A DNA stretch of 64,000 nucleotides from an uncultured Thiotrichaceae bacterium (GTDB taxonomy: Bacteria > Pseudomonadota > Gammaproteobacteria > SZUA-229): NCBI GenBank assembly GCA_964531165.1, contig CAZHEA010000005.1:16858-80857 (forward strand), given 5' to 3'. Position 1 is the stretch's first letter; each line of letters begins with the position of its first letter. A program made the position numbers and the translations under genes. The notes under the pieces were generated by a model. That model was not told the origin of the DNA, did no database searches, and worked only from the letters and a program-made list of their open reading frames with translations. Positions 36,729 to 48,547 of the stretch are shown here, piece after piece.

Positions 36729-39224
36729 TTACTGAATTATTTCAAAACTATCCGCGGTGCCTACAAAAGGCAAATTAGACACGCTTTGAGCATAGGTAAT
36801 CAGGCCAACATAGACAGAAGCCCCATAACTGGGCGCCCCACCAGGCAACGCACCACCACCTCGAGAATAACCCTCATAAAGCTGCCAGTTATCAGATTGA
36901 CTGACACCTACAGGTGATTGCCAGTATACCGTCAGAGATCTATTCGAGTTGCCGACAATTCTCAGATCAACCCTGCCTGATGACGCAACGCCCTGACCTG
37001 CATCATCAACACTGGAAGACCCATCGACGGTGTTCTTACCTTCAACTGTGAATGATGTACTTCCACGATGACCAACAACAATGTGAGATGAATTTTTACT
37101 TGCTAAATCAAGCACGTGCACCTGCACACCAGCAAAGATAAACTGATAGCCATTGGGGGTCGGCGCTGTCTGCGAATCAGACTGAGTACCTATACCGATA
37201 TTTCTCACAATAACTTCAAATGGAAAACTGACTAATTTAGCGTCAAGACGTCCCTGCACATTATTGTAATGCAGGGTTTTATCACCACTATTATCAACCA
37301 GATTCGCTCGATAACGACCATTCACTCTAGCAACATCAGGCAAATCTGTCGCATTGTTTACCGTATAACCAATTAATGCACCGTCACCATCAAACAGGTC
37401 AATGTCACTGGCCGCCTGTGTTGCACTTTGTACTAGTAGTGAATCAGCCCGACTAAAGAGAAAACCATCACTTACAGTCAGCGACACAAGGTATTCCCCG
37501 TCTTTATCAGCGGTAAACGACGGTGTGGCGATATTAGGATCATCTAACACAGCAATACTGTCGGCCGGTACACTTAACGACCAATCGTAACTCAGGTTAT
37601 CATTGTTCGGGTCATCACTCGCCCGACCATCTAGATTAACCTTTGCACCTGTCGTTACATTTTGATTTGCACCGGCATCGGCTACTGGTGGACTATTACT
37701 TGTCGTTGCGCTAATGACTACAGAATCAAGCTCACTGTTTAACTGACCATCATTAACGATTAAATTAACCACATAATCACCGTCAACATCAGCCGTAAAA
37801 TTTGTTATTTGAGTGTTTGCTGGTACCAGAGCTGCACCACTAGTCATAGGCCTGGTTGCTAGTACCCAGCTATATGACAGATCATCACCATTCACATCCA
37901 TACTGCCAATTGCGTTAAGCTCAACATTAGTGCCCGTCGATACACTTTGATTAGCCCCTGCGTCTGCCGTGGGAGCGACATTAGCGGCGCTACTGGTAAT
38001 TAAGACCGTATCGACCTGACTCATCAGAACACCATCACTAACCGTTAAACTGACCAGATAACTGCCGTCGCTGTCCGCATTAAATGTTGGCGACACCGCA
38101 CTAGTTGAGCTCAAAACCGCCTGGCTATTTGCAGGCTTCGACAGAACCCAGCTAAAGGTTAAGTTATCTTTATCTGCATCATCACTTTTGCTACCATCCA
38201 GCTTAACCTGCGAGCCCGTATTCACCGACTGTGCGGGGCCTGCATCAGCAATTGGCGCGCTATTAGCTGTTGAACTCGTAATAACGACCGTATCACTCGG
38301 GCTGGTAAGCAACCCGTCATTAACCGTTAAGGTTGCCACGAATCTGCCATCAACATCAGCCATAAACTCAGGCATAACCGCAGATGAAGAACTTAACGAA
38401 GCCTGACTCCCCTCAGGCACAGTCAGCACCCAGTTGAAGCTTAAGTTGTCGACATCCGCATCACTGCTATCACTACCGTCGAGCATAACCGGCACTAATG
38501 AGCCGGTAGAAACATTTTGATTAATACCGGCATTTGCTACCGGTGCACTATTTGCTGTTGAACTCACAATAATAACGTTGTCAGCCTCACTTGAAAACTC
38601 ACCATCATTTACCGTTAAGCTAACAACATAGCGACCATCGCGATCGGCTATAAAAGTGGGTGCTACAGCATTAAGCGAACTCAGAACCGCATTACTACCC
38701 TGTGGCTTTTCAAGCAGCCAGCTAAAACTGAGTGTATCCTTATCCGCATCAGTGCTTTCGCTACCATCAAGACGAATCAGGGCCGTAGTAAAGACATTTT
38801 GATTAGCCCCGGCATTTGCAACCGGCGCGCTGTTAGCGACAGAACTCACCACGGTAACATAAGATATTGAACTCAATACTCCGTCACTCACTGTCACACT
38901 CAACACATATTCGCCACTGACATCAGCGATAAATTCCGGGGTTATTGTTTCATCATTGCGTAAAACTGTGTTGCTGCTTGCAGGGCTTGTAACGAAAACC
39001 CAGCGATAAGTTAACCCACTTTGTTTTGGATCTTGACTGTCACTTGCATCGAGTTGAACCAGGGAACCGGTTTTAATGTTTTGGTTACTACCTGCATCTG
39101 CCTCAGGCTTCGGGCTCGAAGTAACAGGATCAGTCTCCAACTGCCCTTCACAAGACCAAAGTACAGCAACAAACATCAACAGGAATATTTTATTCCCGAT
39201 ATAAAAAGTAGATTTGAAAGACAT
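36729..39224 (-). CDS. lipoprotein with six PKD/Ig-like repeats and an unrecognised ~225-aa C-terminal domain
   Basis: Signal with Cys (LMFVAVLWSC). Six roughly 95-aa repeats read 'ANSAPVA[ND]AG.NQNV.TG..V.LDGS.S.DAD.D.L.F.W.L..P..S.A.LSS..AV.P.F.AD.DG.Y.V.LTV.DG'. The C-terminal domain is homologous to almost all of ORF 39330..40133. Confidence 0.8.
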   Translation of the reverse strand: MSFKSTFYIGNKIFLLMFVAVLWSCEGQLETDPVTSSPKPEADAGSNQNIKTGSLVQLDASDSQDPKQSGLTYRWVFVTSPASSNTVLRNDETITPEFIADVSGEYVLSVTVSDGVLSSISYVTVVSSVANSAPVANAGANQNVFTTALIRLDGSESTDADKDTLSFSWLLEKPQGSNAVLSSLNAVAPTFIADRDGRYVVSLTVNDGEFSSEADNVIIVSSTANSAPVANAGINQNVSTGSLVPVMLDGSDSSDADVDNLSFNWVLTVPEGSQASLSSSSAVMPEFMADVDGRFVATLTVNDGLLTSPSDTVVITSSTANSAPIADAGPAQSVNTGSQVKLDGSKSDDADKDNLTFSWVLSKPANSQAVLSSTSAVSPTFNADSDGSYLVSLTVSDGVLMSQVDTVLITSSAANVAPTADAGANQSVSTGTNVELNAIGSMDVNGDDLSYSWVLATRPMTSGAALVPANTQITNFTADVDGDYVVNLIVNDGQLNSELDSVVISATTSNSPPVADAGANQNVTTGAKVNLDGRASDDPNNDNLSYDWSLSVPADSIAVLDDPNIATPSFTADKDGEYLVSLTVSDGFLFSRADSLLVQSATQAASDIDLFDGDGALIGYTVNNATDLPDVARVNGRYRANLVDNSGDKTLHYNNVQGRLDAKLVSFPFEVIVRNIGIGTQSDSQTAPTPNGYQFIFAGVQVHVLDLASKNSSHIVVGHRGSTSFTVEGKNTVDGSSSVDDAGQGVASSGRVDLRIVGNSNRSLTVYWQSPVGVSQSDNWQLYEGYSRGGGALPGGAPSYGASVYVGLITYAQSVSNLPFVGTADSFEIIQ
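37425..39107 (-). repeat. six tandem ~285-nt coding repeats (PKD/Ig-like modules)
   Basis: Protein aa ~40-600, with the period marked by the recurring 'S[ST][AT]ANSAP[VI]A[ND]AG' junctions. Confidence 0.8.
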
Positions 39225-39329
39225 AATGATAGATTTTTCGCAGAATTAATGGACAGGAGTAATAACTTTAGTAAAGAACCAGCACTAATAATCAGGTCTG
39301 GTTCATTGTTTTGGTGCATTTAGAAAATA

Positions 39330-40133
39330 TCATTCAAAAATCTCTATTGCATCACAAGTACCTACAAATGGCAGATCCTGACTTCCCTGAGCATAAGTAA
39401 TGAGGCCAACATAAACGGTCGCCCCATAAGTAGGAGCAATTCCCGGCAATCGTCCTCCACCTCTTTTATAGCCTTCATAAAGAACCCAGTTATCTTCACT
39501 TTGATCCGGTTGTTGCCAGTATATAGTTATCGTTCTATCAGAATTACCGACAACACGAATATCAGCTCGCCCTAAGGGCACAACATTAGAACCGATATCA
39601 TCAACCGATGAAGAGCCATTCAAGGTATTTTTACCTTCGATAGTAAATGGCGTACCGCCTCTATGACCGACAACGATATGCGATGAATTACGCGATTCAA
39701 GGTCAGGAACATGTATTTGAACACCAGCAAAAATATAACTACTGCCATTGGAGCTATGAGGTATCTGTGAATCCAGCTGTGTCCCTATACCTATATTTCT
39801 AGCAATAAATATAAAGGGAAAAGACAGCAGTTTAGCGTCCAGACGACCCTGATCATTTTGATAATGTAAGGTAATATCGTTTGAGTTATCCGTTAAATTA
39901 GCCCGATACCGGCCCGAAACTACAGTCACATCGGGCAAACTACTTTCATTGTTAGTAATAAAGCCGAGCAGATTTCCATTAACCGAAAAATCATCGCTTT
40001 TTATCGATAATTCAGTTGAATTTGTGCCTCCTCCAGAAACAGAAGGATCGTTATTGTTAACAGACGCATCATCTGAAGAGCCACATGCAACCGAACCCAG
40101 AAGATACAATAACAATAGAGAGAATTTTTTCAT
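39330..40133 (-). CDS. lipoprotein consisting of the same unrecognised domain (paralog of the 831-aa protein C-terminus)
   Basis: 'LLGSVACGSS' lipobox-like. 'LPDVTVVSGRYRANLTDNSNDITLHYQNDQGRLDAKLLSFPF...IGIGTQLDSQ...IFAGVQIHVPDLESRNSSHIVVGHRGGTPFTIEGKNT.NGSSSVDD...YWQQP...NWVLYEGYKRGGGRLPG.APTYGATVYVGLITYAQ...LPFVGT' aligns colinearly with aa ~615-831 of ORF 36729..39224. Confidence 0.7.
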   Translation of the reverse strand: MKKFSLLLLYLLGSVACGSSDDASVNNNDPSVSGGGTNSTELSIKSDDFSVNGNLLGFITNNESSLPDVTVVSGRYRANLTDNSNDITLHYQNDQGRLDAKLLSFPFIFIARNIGIGTQLDSQIPHSSNGSSYIFAGVQIHVPDLESRNSSHIVVGHRGGTPFTIEGKNTLNGSSSVDDIGSNVVPLGRADIRVVGNSDRTITIYWQQPDQSEDNWVLYEGYKRGGGRLPGIAPTYGATVYVGLITYAQGSQDLPFVGTCDAIEIFE

Positions 40134-40586
40134 TTATTGATCTCGTCTTTTCATACATTATTAATATAATTATAACATTCTAAATGACTATCATGCGAAG
40201 AATTAAGCATAAGCAACCATCGAAAAAACACACTCATTAAACAAAATGACGATATATTAACTCAATGAATTACATATTCTTCGGCTGTTCATTAATTAAG
40301 AGTACAAAAATATCAAAATCAAGCTGCCATCTCTTAACATTTACAAAATCTGCATCTCACCCGTTAATTTAATATAACGGCAAAAATGACTAGTAATTCA
40401 CATTAGTCATATTTAGAATCCCGGTCTGGCTAGTGGTTCACGTAAATTTGAACCAGCACACAGTTTAACTGGCATTTTAAAACGATAATCCAATCCAGAA
40501 TTTAAATACATCAAATGACCAACTAAAAAGCATCAAATGAAAATATTTGTAACTAACTCCTTTTTATTAGGTATGGGAAATCTTTC

Positions 40587-43430
40587 ATGAATGCTTTTAT
40601 ATACAAATCCAGGATTTTATTATTAATCGTGTCTTTTCAACTCGTATCATGTGCGGGTGAAGTAGACGATATCCCTGAAGCTGCTGCCAGTCCGGGACAA
40701 AGTAATAACAACCCTGCTGATACAATCGCACCAAGCAAACCTTCCAGTCTGACGGTTACCGACAATCAGATTTCCAGCATTCAAATTAGCTGGCAGGCGT
40801 CAACAGACAATGCAGGTATAGCAACTTATTCTATCTACCGTAATGGTAGTTTTTACGCAACATCTAATAACACTGTTTTCACGGATAACAATATTTCTGG
40901 CAATACAGCTTATCAATATTACGTTGAAGCTTATGACACTTCCGGTAACAAGTCTGCTGTATCCAGCACCCTGAACATCACCTCTATAGAAAGCCCGACA
41001 AGTGGTAACACACCACCAACCGGAGGTGGCACACCATCCAATAATGATACGGTCTCACCAACCACACCATCCAGCCTGGTCGCGGGTAATGTACTAAGCT
41101 CTAGTGTTAGTTTTAGCTGGAATGCATCAACTGACGATACAGCAGTAATTGGATACAATATATACAGAAATGGCAATTCTATTGGTATCGCAATAACTAA
41201 CACATTTGTCGATAATGCCGTTGCCAGTTCAAGCAACTATGTCTACAGCGTTCAGGCTTATGATGCAGCAAACAATCGCTCATCATTATCTTCACAGATA
41301 AATATTTCAACACCTGCCGCCCCTCCGATTAATAACAATAATACCGTTAGTCGTGATTACATTTTATTTTTAAATGATGCCAAGTTAGCTGCAATTACAG
41401 CAGATTCAGGCAATGCAAATAGTCCATGGCCGACCATGCGTCAGTTTTGTACTGACCGAGACGGATTGAATCCACCATGGGATTATCAGGGAAGCCAGTA
41501 CTATCGTTATGCCGTTAATTTCGCATTATGCTATCGGGTTGAGAGTTATTTAGGTAATGCGACTGCAGCGGTTACTCATGCAGAAAACGCTTTACGAATT
41601 TTAAATAACAACCTGATCAGTTTTTCAAGCTTTTCAAATGATAGTGGCTATGGTATCCGTAATTACGGTCCCGGCCTTGCAATCACCTATAGCTGGTTAA
41701 GTGACTATTCAGGATTTACTGCCGGACAAAGAGCCGCAGCCCGCTCACGTATGAAAGAGTGGACTGACTGGTTTGCAGTAAGTGGTTACTCAAGAAATGA
41801 GCCTATCGCAAATTACCATGCCGGTTATATGGAAGCTGCCGTACTCTCGAGTATTGCCATTTATAATGATGACCCCGATGGCGACACATATTTACAAACT
41901 GCTATTTCTTTATTTAATGATGGGCGAACACTGTTTGATGCAACAATGCCAGGCGGTCACTGGCCTGAAGGCTGGAGTTACGGTGCTGGTGTGTATGCCT
42001 CATACGCCATGGCTACAGCAGCTCTCGTTGAAGCAACTAATGATGCAACCTATAAGCAGTTTAGCTGGTTGGAAAAGAATATCGATCTTAAATTAGCGGC
42101 ACTAAGCCCTGATGGAAAATATTTTTATGATGACGGGCTGTGGAGCTTAAATCGTAATGGAGTACCATTAATTCAGGACATGTACTCTATTGGGTACTTA
42201 TATGGCTGGGATACACCAAATGGGCAAAAGACTCAACGTTACATAGAAAACACCGGGCTTAAAAACTCATCTAACGAATGGCGTGACTTTTTATTCTATA
42301 GTGATAGCGCTGCGGCAGGCTCAGTTGCAGACAACAACGTGAGTAACTCATACCATGCCACTGGAACAGGCCTGGTCACCATGCGCGGCAAACGTTCTGA
42401 CCCGAATGCGACCTGGGGAAGCTTTATAGCCGGTCCTTACCTGTCTTATGAAAATGAACAGGATTTTGATCAGGGCCATATGATTATCTATAAAACAGCA
42501 CCTCTTTTAGTGGATGCCGGACATGGTTTATACAATCCAGATAATTTAACTGCTACACAACATCACAATACATACACATTAGAAAACAGAACTGATGTTT
42601 CTTTCAATGGGCAACGTAATAACGCACAAACTGAAGGATGCCCAAATGATCCTATTGGAATAGAAAAGTATCTTGATAACACGTCAAGTGTATTTACTAG
42701 AGGTGAGTTTTCAAACGCATACAAACCCAAGCCATTATATGACGGAACATGCTATAGCCCCGGCATAAAGAGCCTTACGCGTAATGTCTTTTATTTAAGA
42801 CCTAATCTGTTTTTTGTTTACGATCAGATCGAAAAAATAGCCTCTCAGGCAACTGTATTACCACACATGCGTCTACACTTCCCTACTCAACCTTCTGGCG
42901 TAAACTCTAATCGCGACGTAACAGTCAATAATGGAACCGGTAGATTACACGTATCAACCGTCTTCCCCGTCAACTCAGTAAATACTATTGTTAATAACTC
43001 CTCAACAGGAGCTGCTAAAGCAGGCTGGACAATGGACATCGCTCACTCTGATAACTCATTAATGTATTATAATTACCTTAATGTATTAAGAGCTGGACTC
43101 AATCAAAGCAACTATGCAGCACCGGTAACGACAGCTATCAGTGGCAACAACTCATATGGTGTATTTGTTAGCAATTTAAATACTGACGAGCTTACAAATG
43201 GATCCGTCACTGTTATTTTTATTGACTCTGCCGGTAACGGTATCCCCTCAAACGCGTCATATACTTTACCTGGCGCAGCATCACAATCAAAAAATTACAT
43301 CCTCAACTTAAAAGCAAATACGCAATATAGTGTCGATATAAGCACAAATGGTAATACTTCAATTACGATAACAGAAGGTGCAGGAAGCTATACCTCTGAC
43401 CAGTCAGGCATGATTGAAATAAATTTATAA
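40587..43430 (+). CDS. lipoprotein: 2x FN3 + heparinase II/III-like (polysaccharide lyase-like) region
   Basis: 'FQLVSCAG' lipobox. Two FN3-like modules read 'PS.PSSL.V......S.I..SW.AS.D...I..Y.IYRNG......N..F.D......N..Y.Y.V.AYD..GN.S..S'. Then come 'WDYQGSQYYRYAVNFALCY', 'GGHWPEGWSYGAGVY', 'DQGHMIIYK..PLLVDAGHGLYN' and 'HHNTYTL', a heparinase II/III-type pattern. Confidence 0.55.
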   Translation: MNAFIYKSRILLLIVSFQLVSCAGEVDDIPEAAASPGQSNNNPADTIAPSKPSSLTVTDNQISSIQISWQASTDNAGIATYSIYRNGSFYATSNNTVFTDNNISGNTAYQYYVEAYDTSGNKSAVSSTLNITSIESPTSGNTPPTGGGTPSNNDTVSPTTPSSLVAGNVLSSSVSFSWNASTDDTAVIGYNIYRNGNSIGIAITNTFVDNAVASSSNYVYSVQAYDAANNRSSLSSQINISTPAAPPINNNNTVSRDYILFLNDAKLAAITADSGNANSPWPTMRQFCTDRDGLNPPWDYQGSQYYRYAVNFALCYRVESYLGNATAAVTHAENALRILNNNLISFSSFSNDSGYGIRNYGPGLAITYSWLSDYSGFTAGQRAAARSRMKEWTDWFAVSGYSRNEPIANYHAGYMEAAVLSSIAIYNDDPDGDTYLQTAISLFNDGRTLFDATMPGGHWPEGWSYGAGVYASYAMATAALVEATNDATYKQFSWLEKNIDLKLAALSPDGKYFYDDGLWSLNRNGVPLIQDMYSIGYLYGWDTPNGQKTQRYIENTGLKNSSNEWRDFLFYSDSAAAGSVADNNVSNSYHATGTGLVTMRGKRSDPNATWGSFIAGPYLSYENEQDFDQGHMIIYKTAPLLVDAGHGLYNPDNLTATQHHNTYTLENRTDVSFNGQRNNAQTEGCPNDPIGIEKYLDNTSSVFTRGEFSNAYKPKPLYDGTCYSPGIKSLTRNVFYLRPNLFFVYDQIEKIASQATVLPHMRLHFPTQPSGVNSNRDVTVNNGTGRLHVSTVFPVNSVNTIVNNSSTGAAKAGWTMDIAHSDNSLMYYNYLNVLRAGLNQSNYAAPVTTAISGNNSYGVFVSNLNTDELTNGSVTVIFIDSAGNGIPSNASYTLPGAASQSKNYILNLKANTQYSVDISTNGNTSITITEGAGSYTSDQSGMIEINL

Positions 43431-43510
43431 AACTATCTGTATGCTTTACTTAAAGCATACAGATACAATCTGAATATAAAACCATTTATATATGTACAGG
43501 CAACGATGAC

Positions 43511-45124
<1,614 letters not shown>

Positions 45125-45153
45125 TTATTGATAATTACTCATTCAGAAACACA

Positions 45154-47361
45154 CTAAAATTTAAGCACACCCTGTGGGTTACTGAGTATACCTACAGGGC
45201 CGTGTTTGATTGAAACAGTCGATATATTGTTATCGGACTTTTCTACCTCAACTTTATATCGGGTATCAGGCTGCAAATTAAAGACATAAGTAACTCTACT
45301 TTTTAAAGCTTTAGCTAGTTTATAAGATAACTTTAAATTAGATTTTTTTGCCTTAACATCAGCAAATAGTACTACAACCTCTGCATTATTTTTTAACTCA
45401 GAAGATATAAGCCCTCCTAACAAAACACCCAATATATTCTCACCTTTTATTGAAATTGTAACAGGTGGTTTATAATTACTATTATTTAGTCCAGCCCTTA
45501 TCACATGCAAGAAACTATAGGCCATTAACGTATTGTCTGGATTAGACACGTCTAGGTGCCAGGATTCAATTAATGCCCCTGACTTAGCGCCTGACTGTAA
45601 AATACTAACCGATTTTTCTGGAAAAATAGTTTCAACATGCAATCGCCCTGTAAGGTTATTAACTTCAAGTTTGCGACTGTCAGACGATAGCTTATCTGGC
45701 ATTGTCGGAAAGTTAAGATTAAAATGAGGAACAACCTTAGACTGGCTGGAAGTTTTGACTATATGATCAAATATAAAAAATAAATTCGGTCTTAAATAAA
45801 ATATAGTTCTAGTCAATTTTTTCAATGGTGCTATTTTACACTTTTCATCCCAGGCAGGAGCGGCTCGATAAGCATTAGAAAATTCACCACTTATTAATAG
45901 ACCATCGTCCATCTCTGAGTACTGCTTAATACCTATATCTCTTTTTTTACAATCCTTTATATTTGCAAAGCTTCTTTGGGCATCATAATCAACATCTGTG
46001 CGCCCAGTTAATGTATAAGTATTATGTAACTTCGTAGCCTTTAAATTATCGGGATTATACAAACCATGCCCTGCATCAATCAATAGCGGTGCTGACTTAT
46101 AAATTTCCATATGTCCCTGATCCAGGTCCTGCTCTCTTTGGTATGAAAGATATGGTCCACTGATAAAACTACCCCAAGTTGATGACTCGCCATCACTACT
46201 ATCCCTCATTAAGACGAGACCGAGACCGGTAGCCATATAAGAACTAGCTGATTGTGAATGAATACCTGATTTTTTACTGTCTTTATCCAAATTAGAAAAA
46301 ATAAATGATTTCCATTCACTAACTTTTTCATTTGTTTTGGCATCATGTAAATATTGCCTGGCACGCAACCCAACAACAGACGTCCAGTTATACAAATAAC
46401 CAGCTGTGTACATATCTGTAACAGTTGGCACGCCATGACGATTTAAACTCCACAGCCCGTCATCATAAAAATACTTACCATCAGGTGTCAGGGCAGCAGA
46501 TTTTAAATAAATATTATTTTTTAACCATTTAAAATCCTTAAAACCAGACATATTAGTTGCTTCAGTCAATGCCAAAGTAGACAATGCATAAGCATCATAT
46601 ACCCCAACACCATAACTCCAGCCTTCAGGCCAGTGCCCCCCAGGCATTATTGCATCAAACAACTTCTTGCTGTTATTAAAAAGTAAAACAGTATTTTTAA
46701 AAGCCTCAGCACCATTATTGTTATCATGATACGTTGCAACACCGATAAGGGTTGAAGCCAGAACATAGCCAGCATGATAATTCGCAACTGGCTGATTATT
46801 AGAATAACCCTTCTCAGAGAACCAGCTCAACCACTCACTCATTCTTATTCTTGTACTTTTTTTAACTTCAGGTAAGAAACCGGGATAACTATGCAACCAG
46901 CTATAAACTAGCGCCAGAGCCGGGCCATAGTTTCGGATACCATAACCACTATCATTTTTATAATTGATAAATGGCAGAAGATTATTATTTAAAATATGGA
47001 GTGATTTTTCAGCATATACATAGGCATCATCCTGCATACCTAAAGACATTTTTACCTGATAGCAAAGCGCAAAGTTAACAGCGTAACGATACGACTCACT
47101 ACCCTGATAATCCCAGTCAGGATTATTATTATGATCACAGAAATAGAAAAGCCTGCTCCACTGTGAACTGGTCTGTAACTTGTTGCTTTTAAAATTAAAT
47201 GACTTTAAAAATAGCGGATAAGGCGAATTGCTGTTAATTGAATAATTTTTATGTTGAGCAGCGTTAGCCTGAACGTTCTCCAAAACAAACCAAAAAATAA
47301 AAATCAGTAAAAAGTTCTGTAAGAGCCATATAAATGTATTTTTAAATCTTAAATCAGACAA
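45154..47361 (-). CDS. heparinase II/III-like protein (paralog of the 947-aa lipoprotein catalytic region); last gene of the EPS operon
   Basis: 'WDYQGSESYRYAVNFALCYQV', 'GGHWPEGWSYGVGVY', 'DDGLWSLNRHGVP', 'DQGHMEIYKSAPLLIDAGHGLYNPDN' and 'LHNTYTL' are colinear with aa ~270-947 of ORF 40587..43430. The N-terminus has a hydrophobic anchor/signal. Confidence 0.55.
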   Translation of the reverse strand: MSDLRFKNTFIWLLQNFLLIFIFWFVLENVQANAAQHKNYSINSNSPYPLFLKSFNFKSNKLQTSSQWSRLFYFCDHNNNPDWDYQGSESYRYAVNFALCYQVKMSLGMQDDAYVYAEKSLHILNNNLLPFINYKNDSGYGIRNYGPALALVYSWLHSYPGFLPEVKKSTRIRMSEWLSWFSEKGYSNNQPVANYHAGYVLASTLIGVATYHDNNNGAEAFKNTVLLFNNSKKLFDAIMPGGHWPEGWSYGVGVYDAYALSTLALTEATNMSGFKDFKWLKNNIYLKSAALTPDGKYFYDDGLWSLNRHGVPTVTDMYTAGYLYNWTSVVGLRARQYLHDAKTNEKVSEWKSFIFSNLDKDSKKSGIHSQSASSYMATGLGLVLMRDSSDGESSTWGSFISGPYLSYQREQDLDQGHMEIYKSAPLLIDAGHGLYNPDNLKATKLHNTYTLTGRTDVDYDAQRSFANIKDCKKRDIGIKQYSEMDDGLLISGEFSNAYRAAPAWDEKCKIAPLKKLTRTIFYLRPNLFFIFDHIVKTSSQSKVVPHFNLNFPTMPDKLSSDSRKLEVNNLTGRLHVETIFPEKSVSILQSGAKSGALIESWHLDVSNPDNTLMAYSFLHVIRAGLNNSNYKPPVTISIKGENILGVLLGGLISSELKNNAEVVVLFADVKAKKSNLKLSYKLAKALKSRVTYVFNLQPDTRYKVEVEKSDNNISTVSIKHGPVGILSNPQGVLKF

Positions 47362-47387
47362 CTTTATTTATCCACTAACATGCATGA

Positions 47388-48533
47388 TTAATACGATATT
47401 GTATATTTATAGTCACGATATAAATTAGGATTTTCATCTTTACCGTCACGAGCAGCATGAACAATATTAATCATTTCACGAGCAGAAACATAATGCAAAA
47501 CATAGTTTTCACCATCGTTATACTTTGATTCCAAGTAATCGTGCATATCACTCATTTTATCACACAATAACGTATCCATATCAGAGTCCTGAGTTCCATG
47601 AGTATGGATTTTAATAAATACCCAGTCTTCACGACCTTTGACATGAATGTGTCTATTTACCCAGTTATCAACCCGATGATTAGTAGGAGGCTGAGTTTTT
47701 CTAATATCACCATTTTCAATTCGAGGCATCAAACCCCATTTTGCGTTATAGAAATCAAATCCCAGGGGTCCCTCAACCATAAGAGTATCACCAACCATAT
47801 CTACACCAACCTGAACATCAATACCGCTATTAAATGATTTTGGTTTATGAGCGTCATCAACTGCCATATAAATAGAGTTAACTTTACTAGGTTGCGTGGG
47901 GTGTGGCGCAGAAGGGTATGTCATATCACCAATACAACCTGTTTCATTTAGCAGTATAAGCTCATTATTAATACCACAATTATTACCGGTTGGGTCTGAA
48001 TTATCTAACGCCCAGTTGCCGTGTATAAAAACATATTTTATATCCCCTGCACTATCTTTTGATAACATTCCATGTTTATCATTCAACGTATCTTTAAAAG
48101 AATTTATGGTATCTCTAAAGTTGGTTTCTGTATCATCATGATGATGAAGGTGTATTTCAACCTCACCATAACCACGCTCACATAAATCAGATATTTTACT
48201 TAAATGTTCTTCTCGATATTCTTCCTCTGGATAAAAGAAAGTATGCTTAGGAAAGCACCCATCAGCATCTTTATGGCCATCTGCCATTTTCGGGTATCCG
48301 TCATGCCACCTATCGACTCTTTGCCTTTCAACCTCAATATCTTTTGTTCTCCAGGCCGGCTCAAAATGATCTACAAAACAGAACATAATATGTACAGGCT
48401 TACCTTTGACTGTCGGCCGCGATAGAACACCCATTATATAGCTTGGTAACCACCAAATTATATTTTTTTTATAGGTGACAACCAAAAACAATACACTTAA
48501 CAAAACAAACAAAAAAACAAAATATATAAACAT
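47388..48533 (-). CDS. membrane-anchored protein of unknown family, His-rich motifs (possible metal-dependent polysaccharide-modifying hydrolase)
   Basis: N-terminal TM helix (MFIYFVFLFVLLSVLFLVV), then 'FCFVDHFEP', 'GEVEIHLHHHDD', 'VFIHGNWALDN' and 'FIKIHTHGT'. I recognise no confident family. It is embedded in the EPS operon with 14-26 nt spacers. Confidence 0.55.
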   Translation of the reverse strand: MFIYFVFLFVLLSVLFLVVTYKKNIIWWLPSYIMGVLSRPTVKGKPVHIMFCFVDHFEPAWRTKDIEVERQRVDRWHDGYPKMADGHKDADGCFPKHTFFYPEEEYREEHLSKISDLCERGYGEVEIHLHHHDDTETNFRDTINSFKDTLNDKHGMLSKDSAGDIKYVFIHGNWALDNSDPTGNNCGINNELILLNETGCIGDMTYPSAPHPTQPSKVNSIYMAVDDAHKPKSFNSGIDVQVGVDMVGDTLMVEGPLGFDFYNAKWGLMPRIENGDIRKTQPPTNHRVDNWVNRHIHVKGREDWVFIKIHTHGTQDSDMDTLLCDKMSDMHDYLESKYNDGENYVLHYVSAREMINIVHAARDGKDENPNLYRDYKYTISY

Positions 48534-48547
48534 TTTATTGCACCAAT

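Noticed and set aside
39021-39323. 100-aa plus-strand ORF at the 5' end of the 831-aa lipoprotein gene; also 57007..57312(+) and 61395..61694(+)
   Set aside because: Each overlaps the start region of a strongly supported minus-strand gene in antisense. There are no motifs and no ribosome-binding sites.
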